Below are positions 34,636 to 44,022 of a stretch of 64,000 nt of DNA, piece by piece (positions within the stretch are counted from its first letter, which is position 1; each line of letters starts with the position of its first letter). The notes beneath the pieces are model-generated. The model was given only the letters and a program-made list of their open reading frames with translations, did no database searches and was not told the origin of the DNA. Origin of the DNA: an uncultured Candidatus Saccharibacteria bacterium (GTDB lineage: Bacteria > Patescibacteriota > Doudnabacteria > UBA920); assembly GCA_964532425.1 (NCBI GenBank), contig CAZHIA010000005.1, forward strand, positions 2,772-66,771, given 5' to 3'. Both the position numbers and the translations under genes were made by a program.

Positions 34636-35397
34636 CTAAGTTAGTACCCTGCTCCCATTCTTCGTAATCGCGACCGTGTGTTCAAAGTGGGCTGCCTGTC
34701 CCCCATCCTGGGTACGGATGGTCCAGCCGTCCTGGTCAAACAACAGAAAATATTCCCCCTGGCAGACCATTGGTTCTATGGCAATTACCATGCCTTCCTG
34801 CAAGACCGGGCCCATAGACTTCGGTCCATAACACGGGACAGCCGGGTCCTCATGGACCGCATAGCCGACGCCGTGGCCGACCAGGTCGCGGACCACGGAA
34901 AATCCTGCAGCTTCGGCAGTCGTCTGGATTGCATGCGCAATGTCGCCGACGCGGTTGCCGGGGCGGCACTGCTTAATGGCTTCATTCAGGCATTTGCGCG
35001 TAGTCTCGACCAGGCGCGCCGTGCTTTTTGGAATACTTCCGACCGGAACCGTTACTGCCGTATCTGTAAAAAGCCCTTTGTACTCCATGCCGATATCCAA
35101 GCTGATAATATCCCCGTTCTTAAGGATCTCGGTGTCTGAAGGGATACCGTGCACAACCACATCATTGACAGAGGTACAGAGGCCAGCCGGATACTGGTTG
35201 CGTTTCGGGCCGTAGTTTTTAAAGCTCGGCCGTCCGCCGATTTGGTAAATTTCTTGTTCGGCAAATTCATTCAATTCAGCCGTGGAAACGCCGGGGGCGA
35301 CCTTTGCCGCAGTCTGCTGCAGGATATCATGAATGAGCCTGCCGCCTTCGGCAATCAATTCTATTTCTTCCTGGGTTTTAATCATCCCCTGTTTCAT
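34636..35397 (-). CDS. map: methionine aminopeptidase type I
   Basis: Conserved metal-ligand context (DIGMEYKG, HGVGYAVHE, IEPMV). Confidence 0.9.
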   Translation of the reverse strand: MKQGMIKTQEEIELIAEGGRLIHDILQQTAAKVAPGVSTAELNEFAEQEIYQIGGRPSFKNYGPKRNQYPAGLCTSVNDVVVHGIPSDTEILKNGDIISLDIGMEYKGLFTDTAVTVPVGSIPKSTARLVETTRKCLNEAIKQCRPGNRVGDIAHAIQTTAEAAGFSVVRDLVGHGVGYAVHEDPAVPCYGPKSMGPVLQEGMVIAIEPMVCQGEYFLLFDQDGWTIRTQDGGQAAHFEHTVAITKNGSRVLT

Positions 35398-35469
35398 GAA
35401 AAGAAATTAAATATCGTAAAATATCTTATTCTTGTATAACGAACGATCGTTCGTTATACAAGAATTGGT

Positions 35470-36288
35470 TTATGTGAATTTTGAAATAAATTCCACTATC
35501 CGTTTTCTGACCTCATCACGGCTGCCAAGACCGGAAATTTGTTTGAACGGGTATTTGGCCTTGAAGAATTTTAACACCCCGGCGATGTTCTTGTGATAAT
35601 ATTTTACACGGTTTTTCAAAGCCGCTTCGTTGTCGTCTGCGCGCTTGCTAAATTTTCCCTTGAAATATTCAACGCGGTTCCTCATTCGTTTGCAAGTCTC
35701 TGCCATCGGTATGCTGAGGTAGATGAGGATACAGCGATCTCTTCCTTGCTCCTTGAGCCAGCGGTAAATAAGTTGTGCTTCTCCGATCTGTTTGGGGTTG
35801 CCGTCAAACAGGATTCCTTTGCTCTTGGGAGTGGTGAAGATCTTTTGCTGAAAAATCTTTCTCACAATTTCTGTTTGGGTAACATGCCCTTTGTTGTAGG
35901 TCTTCTCCATCAGCTTCCGCATTTTTGGGTCGCGGGCTTGTAACTGCCGCAGTTCCTTCCCCATGTCGAGATCGTAGAGCGGGTATTTTTTCACAAGATA
36001 AGCCGCTTGCGTAGCTTTGCCGGCAGCCGGATCTCCGAGCAGGATAATGTTGAGCGGACCCTGCATGACATTGGCAGTCTTAGCAGTATGAACCTTCTTT
36101 CTGGGAGTTTTGGGTTTTGGGGTGACCTTATTCGGCTGCGCAGGTTTTTTGGCAATTGGCGGTTTGTCTTGGATGTTGACAACCGGCTTTGGTTTTTGTT
36201 CTTTCTGGGGACGCAATAAAGCCGTCTGGGCAGCGCGGCGCAAGGTGGTGCGAAGTTCTTTGATGTCGGAAGGCTTCATTTTATCCAT
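35470..36288 (-). CDS. adenylate-kinase-family paralogue with ~80-aa basic/Pro-rich N-terminal extension
   Basis: P-loop ILLGDPAAGKATQ and NMP/LID-like segments. N-terminus KPKPVVNIQDKPPIAKKPAQPNKVTPKPKTPRKK. Confidence 0.65.
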   Translation of the reverse strand: MDKMKPSDIKELRTTLRRAAQTALLRPQKEQKPKPVVNIQDKPPIAKKPAQPNKVTPKPKTPRKKVHTAKTANVMQGPLNIILLGDPAAGKATQAAYLVKKYPLYDLDMGKELRQLQARDPKMRKLMEKTYNKGHVTQTEIVRKIFQQKIFTTPKSKGILFDGNPKQIGEAQLIYRWLKEQGRDRCILIYLSIPMAETCKRMRNRVEYFKGKFSKRADDNEAALKNRVKYYHKNIAGVLKFFKAKYPFKQISGLGSRDEVRKRIVEFISKFT

Positions 36289-36290
36289 GG

Positions 36291-36857
36291 TTATAGTTCC
36301 AAGGCTTGGTTAATTTTTGTCGTTACTTCTTCAATGGATGGTGTGCCGTCTATTTCAATAAGGCGGGAATGCTGGCGCAAGAAATCCAAAACCGGAACCG
36401 TGTCCTTCTCGTACTGCTCCAGCCTGAATTGGATTTTTTCCGGCGTGTCATCGGCGCGGCCTTCTATCTCCGCGCGTTTCATGAGACGGTTCATACTTTC
36501 CTCTTTGGGCAGGCTTACGTAGAGCGTTACAATGTCGCTGCGGTTTTGGTCTTTCAGCGCACCCGTTAAAAATTCCGCCTGGGACAGTCTCCGTGGTATC
36601 CCGTCAAAAATAATCCCTTGGTCACCGGGAATGGCTGCGAGCTTGTCTTTGACCAGTTCCATCATCATATGGTCCGGCACCAAAGTGCCCTGGTCGATGA
36701 GCTCGGTAATTTTCTTGGCGATTTCCGTTTGTTCATTGCGGAGGTTGCGGAAGATGCCGCCCATTTCCCAATAAAAATAATTCAATTTTTGGGCAAGGAT
36801 CTTGGCCTGCGTGCCTTTGCCGCTGCCTTGGGGGCCGATGAATATGATGGCGTCCAT
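36291..36857 (-). CDS. adk: adenylate kinase
   Basis: GPQGSGKGTQ P-loop and canonical Adk length and motifs. Confidence 0.9.
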   Translation of the reverse strand: MDAIIFIGPQGSGKGTQAKILAQKLNYFYWEMGGIFRNLRNEQTEIAKKITELIDQGTLVPDHMMMELVKDKLAAIPGDQGIIFDGIPRRLSQAEFLTGALKDQNRSDIVTLYVSLPKEESMNRLMKRAEIEGRADDTPEKIQFRLEQYEKDTVPVLDFLRQHSRLIEIDGTPSIEEVTTKINQALEL

Positions 36858-36993
36858 GGTTATATCACAGATTAACGCTGATTAGAAACTGATGAACACG
36901 GATAATTTTTGTGTTCGAGTACATTTATTGTACAAAAAATAAGCGAAAAAGAAAAGAGAACGGCCGGTATGCCGTTCTGTGATGCCCGCGGAG

Positions 36994-37266
36994 TCAATTC
37001 ATTACCCAAAGTAAGTAATACGCAACAATAGAAATTGGTATATGGGTCTCACAAACCCATCCTGAGCCGGTCGTGTTGGGCTCAGGTGAAAAGTCGGTAA
37101 TCATCGCGATGTCTCCGTTTTCGTCCATGCCGTCGTACATTCCTTCAATGTAGTTCTTTGGGTCATTCTTGTTTAAGAACAAGCGGAGTCTGATCTTATC
37201 AGGGTACTCTTCGTTGAGTTTTTGGAGATTTTCACGAACTTCTTTCTCCCAAACATCTCTGTCCAT
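36994..37266 (-). CDS. hypothetical small acidic protein (90 aa)
   Basis: GGAGGA 3 nt before comp. ATG 37266. Confidence 0.45.
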   Translation of the reverse strand: MDRDVWEKEVRENLQKLNEEYPDKIRLRLFLNKNDPKNYIEGMYDGMDENGDIAMITDFSPEPNTTGSGWVCETHIPISIVAYYLLWVMN

Positions 37267-37347
37267 GTTTCCTCCGTTCACGTTTCTACTCGGACAAACA
37301 AGTGTAATTTCTTATTATTGCTTTGTCAAATATGGTATAATGTAAAA

Positions 37348-37449
37348 ATTTCGATCGCGGGGCTCTGACAAGTTCATCTGGCAATTTGCCAAACGTCTCT
37401 GCTGAGGGCAGCCTTCTGGGGTTGCCCCAGAAGGCTGCCCTCAATCTTT
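37348..37449 (+). ncRNA. candidate ~100-nt sRNA/leader between duplicated extended -10 promoters (TGGTATAAT at 37333-37341 and 37459-37467), ending in a 17-bp hairpin
   Basis: GAGGGCAGCCTTCTGGGG-TTG-CCCCAGAAGGCTGCCCTC followed by AATCTTT. A similar GAGGGCAG..CTGCCCTC hairpin lies at 55141-55172. Confidence 0.4.
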
Positions 37450-37500
37450 ACCAGCGTATGGTATAATAAAATAAAGATTTCGAACGGAAACGAACACACA

Positions 37501-39213
37501 ATGGACCATACGCTGTTTTATGAACTGACGAGCGTTTTGCTGGTGGCGGGCTTGATAGCCATGCTGACCAGCCTTTTGAAGCAGCCAAGCATTATTGCCT
37601 TCATTATAACTGGCTTGATTGTCGGGCCTCTGGGTTATTATCAGCTGCACTCGACCACCATCCTCAACAGCCTTGGCGAGGTCGGTATTACGTTGTTGTT
37701 GTTTATGGTCGGGCTGGAGCTGGATGTGAAAGTGCTCCGCAAGCTCGGCAAGGTTGCACTAACCACCGGTATTGGACAGATACTTTTTACGACAATCGTC
37801 GGGTTTTCCATTTCCAAACTGCTCGGATTCACCTTGGTCGAATCTGTATATATCGCATTCGCCCTGACTTTCTCTTCCACCATTATTGTCGTCAAACTCC
37901 TGGCGGAAAAGAAGGACTTACAAAGCCTGTATGCGCGCATTGTCATCGGCATCCTTGTGGTCCAGGACTTTATTGCCATGATTATCCTGCTGTTTTTAGG
38001 CGGTACAGAAAGTTCCAAAGTCGGTTTCCTTCAGTCATTGCCGGTCTGGCAAATACTGGTGATCACATTGGTGAAGGCTTTGATCTTCGTTTTGCTGCTC
38101 ATGTGGCTGTCGCGGCGCGTGTTCCCGTATCTCCTGAAATATCTGGGAAAATCCGAAGAGCTCCTGTTATCGTTTTCCCTGGCCTGGGCATTGGGTCTGG
38201 CTGCGTTCGCTTCCCTGCCCTGGGTCGGCTTTTCGCTGGAGATGGGCGGATTTTTGGCAGGCCTGGCCTTAGCAAACACGGAGATTCATTACGAGATCAG
38301 CGCGAAGATCAAATCCATCCGTGATTTTTTCATTATTATCTTTTTCATCGTGTTCGGTACGCAGCTGGTTTTGGGCAGTTGGTCGCAAATTGCCTGGCCA
38401 GCGGTGATACTTTCCTTGTTCGTACTCATCGGCAATCCGCTCATCGTCATGGTTATTATGGGGTACTTGGGCTACAAGCCGCGCACCGGGTTCTTCGCCT
38501 CGGTCGCCTTTGCCCAAGTTTCCGAATTCAGCTTTATCCTCGTCGCGCTCGGCTACCGGCTCGGACACGTTTCGGCCTCGGTCGTCAGCCTGGTCACGCT
38601 GGTCGGCGTTATTACCATTGCCTTGTCTTCGTACATGATCCTTTATAGCCATGATATATTTGAATTGCTGAAACCAGTCCTAAAATATTTCGATTTTAAA
38701 AAGGGGTCGGCTGAGAAATCGTTTGCCAACACAGTGCTTAAGGATCATGTTGTGCTCGTTGGCGCACACCGGCTCGGTGCTCATCTTATTGAGGCTTTGG
38801 AAAATGCAGACTCGCCCCTCGTTGTCGTTGACTTCAATCCTGAAATTGTACAAAAGTTCGAGCAGCAGGGTGTTATGGCAGTCTGCGGCGACGTGACGGA
38901 CAGCTATATCCAGGACCAGGTGAACATTGAGAATGCCAAGCTGGTTATTTCCACCATTCCTGATTTTAAGGATAATTTGACGCTGCTCGATGCGGTGAAT
39001 TTACGCTCCCAAGGCAAGAATCATCGCCCGAAGCTGATCTTTGCGGCCCAGGATGAGGAAGAAGCGAAGCATTTGTATTCCCGTGAGATCGACTATGCCC
39101 TGTCGCCGCACTTTATTGGCGGCCTGCACCTGGCCAAGATTCTCTCGGACAGCGATATTGCATCGGGGCTGCAAAAACTGAAACAGCACCACCTGAAGGT
39201 GCTCAACTCATAA
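37501..39213 (+). CDS. CPA2-family monovalent cation:proton antiporter with C-terminal RCK/TrkA-N domain (Kef-type)
   Basis: 12-13 TM N-domain. The C-terminal VVLVGAHRLGAHLIEAL is a Rossmann motif. Confidence 0.8.
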   Translation: MDHTLFYELTSVLLVAGLIAMLTSLLKQPSIIAFIITGLIVGPLGYYQLHSTTILNSLGEVGITLLLFMVGLELDVKVLRKLGKVALTTGIGQILFTTIVGFSISKLLGFTLVESVYIAFALTFSSTIIVVKLLAEKKDLQSLYARIVIGILVVQDFIAMIILLFLGGTESSKVGFLQSLPVWQILVITLVKALIFVLLLMWLSRRVFPYLLKYLGKSEELLLSFSLAWALGLAAFASLPWVGFSLEMGGFLAGLALANTEIHYEISAKIKSIRDFFIIIFFIVFGTQLVLGSWSQIAWPAVILSLFVLIGNPLIVMVIMGYLGYKPRTGFFASVAFAQVSEFSFILVALGYRLGHVSASVVSLVTLVGVITIALSSYMILYSHDIFELLKPVLKYFDFKKGSAEKSFANTVLKDHVVLVGAHRLGAHLIEALENADSPLVVVDFNPEIVQKFEQQGVMAVCGDVTDSYIQDQVNIENAKLVISTIPDFKDNLTLLDAVNLRSQGKNHRPKLIFAAQDEEEAKHLYSREIDYALSPHFIGGLHLAKILSDSDIASGLQKLKQHHLKVLNS

Positions 39214-39266
39214 ATAAATTCACTACCCGCGGGTAGTGAATTTTTTGTGAGGCCGTATGAAACGAA

Positions 39267-39653
39267 TTAGTCTAATTCGGATGACAGTTCCAGTTCGATA
39301 GGCTTCCATTCGACGGGATTGCCATTTGTGCCAGCCAAACCGAGTGCCGCTTGGTGGCCTGATTCGGACAGGCGTGCGACAATCTCAGAGAGCACGAGAA
39401 GGTTTTCGTAACCTGGCACGACCAACCGGGTTTTGTACCCGTTGCCGTTCATGAGTGGCCCGTGCTGGACCACTTGAGGCTCCCCCTCCTGTTCGCGTTC
39501 GAACCACAACCGGTCCGATTCGATGTTCGACAGGAGATGGTCAATTTGAAATCCCATCGACTTGAGAATGGTGTTTACTTCTGCCGTGGTGGCGCTTGTG
39601 GCGCATACGGTGATACCAGTGAATTGGCTGTTTGCCGTTTCCGTTTGGAGCAT
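39267..39653 (-). CDS. hypothetical protein (128 aa)
   Basis: ORF only. Confidence 0.45.
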   Translation of the reverse strand: MLQTETANSQFTGITVCATSATTAEVNTILKSMGFQIDHLLSNIESDRLWFEREQEGEPQVVQHGPLMNGNGYKTRLVVPGYENLLVLSEIVARLSESGHQAALGLAGTNGNPVEWKPIELELSSELD

Positions 39654-39755
39654 TCTGCCTCCTTACGGAAATAGTGTAGAACGGGAACCTTCAGAACGCA
39701 AGGGCGGATTGGACCAGTAAATCCAATTACGGCCGAAATATGCTAAAATACGTAT

Positions 39756-41138
39756 ATGCTCAAAATCTACAATACACTAGCAAAACGCTTAGAGGATGTA
39801 AAAAACACCGGCAAGCTGAATATGTATAGCTGCGGGCCCACGGTGTATAACTATGCGCATATCGGTAATTTGCGCAGCTTTGTTATGGCCGATTTGCTCT
39901 ATCGCACACTGAAAGCCGAAGGATACGGTCCCCGATGGGTCATGAATATTACGGATATTGAAGACAAGATCATGAAGGCGGTGCTGGCCAAATACGGGCC
40001 GTCAGCCACGGTTACAGATCTGCGAGAGTATACCAAATTTTATCTCGACGCCTTTCTGGATGATTTGCGGCACGTTAACGTGAGCGTGGACGAGATCGAA
40101 ATTATCCGCGTCACCGATGTCATCCCCCAGATCCAGGACTTTATTGTTGAATTGATGGACAAAGGGTTTGCTTATAAAGCGGAAGACGGCAGCACGTACT
40201 TCAGCATCGAAACGTACCAGAATCAATTCCATGATTACGGGTCGCTCGTTGGCGAAAAATTCATTGAGGGCAAGAAGATAGGCGCCCGGGTCAAGGTGGA
40301 TGAATATGACAAAGACAACTTGAGTGATTTTGCCTTGTGGAAAGCCGCTGAAGCTGCTGACGGACAAATTTTTTGGGACCATCCCGTGCTCGGTAAAGGA
40401 CGGCCAGGCTGGCACATAGAGTGCTCGGTTATCAACCGAGTCGCATTCGGCGATCATACGACCGACATTCATACCGGCGGAGTGGATCTGGTTTTCCCGC
40501 ACCACACAAACGAAACAGCCCAGACGCAGCCGCTCTATCGTCCCTTCGTCAATTGCTGGCTGCATAGCGAACATTTGCTCGTGGATGGCAAGAAGATGAG
40601 CAAAAGCCTTGGCAATATTTATACATTGAAGGATCTGGAAGGAAAGGTTCGTACACCCGGACGGAGCCTACGTTATTTCTATCTCCAAGCCGGATATGAT
40701 GTCCAGTTGAATTTTACTTGGGAAGGACTCAAAGCCGCGGACAAATCGCTGAACTCCATTTCGGATAGTATCTCGTTCGGCACGAGTGCCAAGGAGAGCG
40801 CGCCGGTCTATGAAGAATTTTTATCGGCGCTTGATGGTAATCTCAATTCCGCTAAAGCTTTGGCTGTTGTTTGGAAAACTATTCGGGATGAAAAACTGGA
40901 CGTGAATCAAAAGACCGAATTGCTCGAAAAATTCGATGCTATTTTAGGACTTGGGCTCTTGGATCAGCAGGAAGAGGAAGAAGTGCCTGCAGATGTGGCC
41001 GCGCTCCTCGAGCAGCGACAAACAGCCCGGCAGCACAAAGACTTTGCCTTATCCGACCAGCTGCGTGACAAGATCGCCGACTTAGGCTGGGAGGTTATGG
41101 ATACTCCTGAAGGGCAGAAGGTGGCTAGGAAAATTTGA
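39756..41138 (+). CDS. cysS: cysteinyl-tRNA synthetase
   Basis: HIGN (HIGH) and KMSKS motifs plus Zn-binding Cys context. Confidence 0.9.
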   Translation: MLKIYNTLAKRLEDVKNTGKLNMYSCGPTVYNYAHIGNLRSFVMADLLYRTLKAEGYGPRWVMNITDIEDKIMKAVLAKYGPSATVTDLREYTKFYLDAFLDDLRHVNVSVDEIEIIRVTDVIPQIQDFIVELMDKGFAYKAEDGSTYFSIETYQNQFHDYGSLVGEKFIEGKKIGARVKVDEYDKDNLSDFALWKAAEAADGQIFWDHPVLGKGRPGWHIECSVINRVAFGDHTTDIHTGGVDLVFPHHTNETAQTQPLYRPFVNCWLHSEHLLVDGKKMSKSLGNIYTLKDLEGKVRTPGRSLRYFYLQAGYDVQLNFTWEGLKAADKSLNSISDSISFGTSAKESAPVYEEFLSALDGNLNSAKALAVVWKTIRDEKLDVNQKTELLEKFDAILGLGLLDQQEEEEVPADVAALLEQRQTARQHKDFALSDQLRDKIADLGWEVMDTPEGQKVARKI

Positions 41139-41237
41139 TAACCGCGGATATATCGCTGATAGCGACGCTGAATAGACGCTGATAAAAAGAAACGCCCGGG
41201 ACCGGTAAGGGTCTCGGGCGTTTGTTGATATCAATGG

Positions 41238-41618
41238 TTAGCTAGTGGGTTGTTGTGCCATGGCTGGCGATGCGCAGTGGTCGCCGCGCCGCATGACAAT
41301 CTTCTTCTCGTTCGTACTACGGTCGGTATGCATGACTATCAGCGCGTTACCTTCGCGATCGATCGTGAAATTGTCCCTTCGATCCTCAGGTTCAACGGCT
41401 TGCCCTGCTATTACGACGAGGGTTCCGTAGTCTTTGTGCGTCAGCACAATCTCTTCTTTGTCTCCGGTAACACCTGTGGCGACCTTTGCTTCTTCAATCT
41501 TCTGGTCCCACTTCATCTTTTCGATGGTCTGGTACGATTCGTACCAATTCCACCCACAGATGCCTGCGATGATCGCAAACAGCACGACCAGAATAATCCA
41601 CCCACTCGATGAATTCAT
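41238..41618 (-). CDS. hypothetical membrane-anchored protein (126 aa)
   Basis: N-terminal TM helix WIILVVLFAIIAGICGW. Confidence 0.5.
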   Translation of the reverse strand: MNSSSGWIILVVLFAIIAGICGWNWYESYQTIEKMKWDQKIEEAKVATGVTGDKEEIVLTHKDYGTLVVIAGQAVEPEDRRDNFTIDREGNALIVMHTDRSTNEKKIVMRRGDHCASPAMAQQPTS

Positions 41619-41787
41619 AAATTGCCTCCTGTTTTCTGTTCAATACGGCTTGGGTACTATCTGGCCATATTGACCCTATATTATAGCATAACTATGCGAT
41701 ATTGTCAATAGCCAAAACCCTAGGTTTTCGCTATATTTATTGGGTATATTTACCATTCTATTAATTTTACGCAACTTTTAGATCATT

Positions 41788-41848
41788 TGTAGCGTGCCGA
41801 TTTATCGGCCAAATTCGGATTGATGTCGCCGATAAATCGGCACGCTAC
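41788..41848. repeat. 62-bp palindromic element, copy 2
   Basis: Arms identical to copy 1 (3931-3992). Immediately upstream of dus. Confidence 0.7.
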
Positions 41849-41865
41849 GGTTCTGCTACTATTCT

Positions 41866-42990
41866 ATGTCTTTTTCCTGGCAACAACTTAAAGAACCGAT
41901 ATTTGCCCTGGCGCCCATGGAAGACGTGACTGATTGCGCATTTCGGGAAATGTTCGCTCGCTATAGCAAACCCTCCCTGACCCTCCCTTTTGCAAAGGGA
42001 GGGGGTGTTCCAACTCCCCTCTTTTCTAAAGAGGGGCAGGGGGAGTTCGTCATGTTCACGGAGTTCGTGTCCACGGACGGATTGATGCACGAGGAAGGCC
42101 GTAAGAAATTATTGCCGGATTTGGCGTATACGGAAATACAGCGCCCTATCATTGCGCAAATTTGGGGAACCGACCCGGAGAAATTTAGGAAAGTTGCCGA
42201 GTTGATAGTGGAACTGGGATTTGACGGTATTGATATCAATATGGGTTGCCCGCAGGCGAAAGAGATTGGAGTAGGTGCGTGCGCAGCGCTCATTCGCACC
42301 CCGGACCTTGCTGTAAAAATCATCAATGCGACTATTCAAGGTGCCGGTCCCCTGCCGGTTTCGGTTAAGACCCGCCTTGGGTATAGCAAGACAGATGAAA
42401 TGGAAGGCTGGATTTCCAGATTACTGCAAACGGACATCAAAGCACTGACGCTCCATGGCCGTACGAAAAAAGAAATGTCAAAAGTACCAACGCACTGGGA
42501 CAAGATCGCCGAGGCTGTCGAGATCCGTAATCGAGAAAACCCCAATGTGGTCCTTCTCGGCAATGGGGACATCCGTTCTCGCAAGGAAGGATTGCAGCGC
42601 GTAGCTGAGACCGGTGTTGACGGGGTTATGATAGGCCGCGGCGCATTTGGCTGTCCATGGTTTTTTAATCCGAATGTAATCGACCAACCCGTAGTGCAGG
42701 CCCCTGGCCTGCCAATTACAGAATCGTCAGCACAGCAGGCCACGGGCCTGCACTACATTACACCGCGAGAACGCTTACAGATTATGATCGAACATGCTGA
42801 ACTATTTGAGAAAATGTATACCGGCAAAAAACCATTCCAAATCATGCGCAAGCACTTTAAAGCCTACTGTTCCGGTTTTGCCGGCGCAGCCGAACTCCGT
42901 GCTCAGCTCATGGAAACCAGAGATGTTGCTGAGACAAAAACAGTTGTTGCAAATTATTTACAGGCAGAGAAACCCAGACAGGGCACCTGA
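41866..42990 (+). CDS. dus: tRNA-dihydrouridine synthase with ~22-aa in-frame insertion encoded by two palindromic hairpins
   Basis: APMEDVTDCAFR...INMGCP...HGRT are Dus motifs. The insertion SLTLPFAKGGGVPTPLFSKEGQGEF is encoded by CCCTCCCTTTTGCAAAGGGAGGG and CCCCTCTTTTCTAAAGAGGGG. Confidence 0.8.
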   Translation: MSFSWQQLKEPIFALAPMEDVTDCAFREMFARYSKPSLTLPFAKGGGVPTPLFSKEGQGEFVMFTEFVSTDGLMHEEGRKKLLPDLAYTEIQRPIIAQIWGTDPEKFRKVAELIVELGFDGIDINMGCPQAKEIGVGACAALIRTPDLAVKIINATIQGAGPLPVSVKTRLGYSKTDEMEGWISRLLQTDIKALTLHGRTKKEMSKVPTHWDKIAEAVEIRNRENPNVVLLGNGDIRSRKEGLQRVAETGVDGVMIGRGAFGCPWFFNPNVIDQPVVQAPGLPITESSAQQATGLHYITPRERLQIMIEHAELFEKMYTGKKPFQIMRKHFKAYCSGFAGAAELRAQLMETRDVAETKTVVANYLQAEKPRQGT

Positions 42991-43033
42991 CAATGTAATA
43001 TCTGTCCTAGAAGTAGTCTCAAAACCTCCTTAT

Positions 43034-43126
43034 GGCGTCATTCTGAGTCCTGAGTTCGACGAAGGACGAAGAAACTCATGATCGGTAAGAGATGCTTCGG
43101 TCGTCTGACTCCCTCAGTATGACGCC
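43034..43126. repeat. MITE-like element with terminal inverted repeats GGCGTCATnCTGAG, copy 2 (inverted relative to 9346-9456)
   Basis: Shares the terminal repeats and the internal word GTAAGAGATGCTTCGG (reverse complement of CCGAAGCATCTCTTAC) with copy 1. Confidence 0.65.
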
Positions 43127-43246
43127 GAGAGGGGTATTCTGGTTTTGAGGCCAGTTCCTGATATCTATTCCTGGATATTTTACGATCGTGCAAAACCCGG
43201 GAATCGATATTTTTGAGGTCATTCTGCCCAGGGGAATAGAATAATT

Positions 43247-43281
43247 AAAACCGCCAGAAGAGGAGCTTTGGCGGTTTTTTT
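43247..43281. terminator. bidirectional terminator
   Basis: AAACCGCCA...TGGCGGTTTTTTT. Confidence 0.6.
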
Positions 43282-43299
43282 GGTGCGTACAGATACGGG

Positions 43300-43719
43300 T
43301 CATGGCAGATTGGCGTGCTCCACGAACTGGTCGGTCACGCGGAAGTTGACGCCGTCTTGCGCATAGATCAGGCCACGGACGCGGAACTGGTCAAATGCGA
43401 ACATTGAGCCGCAGTGGACGGAATTGAATTCCTGCAGGATCTCGGGCTTTGTGAACGAGACCCATCCTCCCCTTTTTCTGCAGAACGAAACAATGGCCCA
43501 GGCTGCCCATTCACATTCGGCGCTGCCGAACCGGCCGCACGATCCGTGATGGAAAATGCGTAAGTCCTGCGGCGAGGGACGGTGATCTTCCGCGACGACC
43601 GTGCCTTCCGGTTCGAACTCGATATTCGGCCGAGCTGCTATCTGAGAGGAAAGGCCGGCTATCAGATCACCCGAAGGCAGGTGCGACAAAAGTGCGTGAT
43701 ACTCATCTACTGCTTTCAT
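43300..43719 (-). CDS. hypothetical protein (139 aa, Cys/His-containing)
   Basis: ORF only. Confidence 0.45.
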   Translation of the reverse strand: MKAVDEYHALLSHLPSGDLIAGLSSQIAARPNIEFEPEGTVVAEDHRPSPQDLRIFHHGSCGRFGSAECEWAAWAIVSFCRKRGGWVSFTKPEILQEFNSVHCGSMFAFDQFRVRGLIYAQDGVNFRVTDQFVEHANLP

Positions 43720-43922
43720 GAAGCCTCCTTATGAAGTCTACTATACCACAGACTGTTTATGATCGCATCTTTCTTTATGTAATTAACTTGCTAAGGCTTG
43801 CAAAACATTCCTAAAATTAGCGTAATATAATCCACCGATTGTACCCAAAATATACCCGAACCATGAAAATAAGCCTGTTTTTTAAGGCTGTTTATTATGG
43901 GTATTATTTGGTACAATGATAG

Positions 43923-44022
43923 AAATTGACATGATTTAAAAGATTGACATGATTGCCAAGAGTTGACTGCAATAAAATCTTTTAAATCATTTAAATCTTG
44001 TTCAATCCTTTAAATCAAATTT
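43923..44022 (+). promoter_or_regulatory. phased-repeat element upstream of dnaB (two GATTGACATGATT direct repeats, then four 10-bp-phased TTAAATCA-type repeats abutting the ATG, no SD)
   Basis: Architecture parallels E1/E2 upstream of dnaE and recR. Confidence 0.5.
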
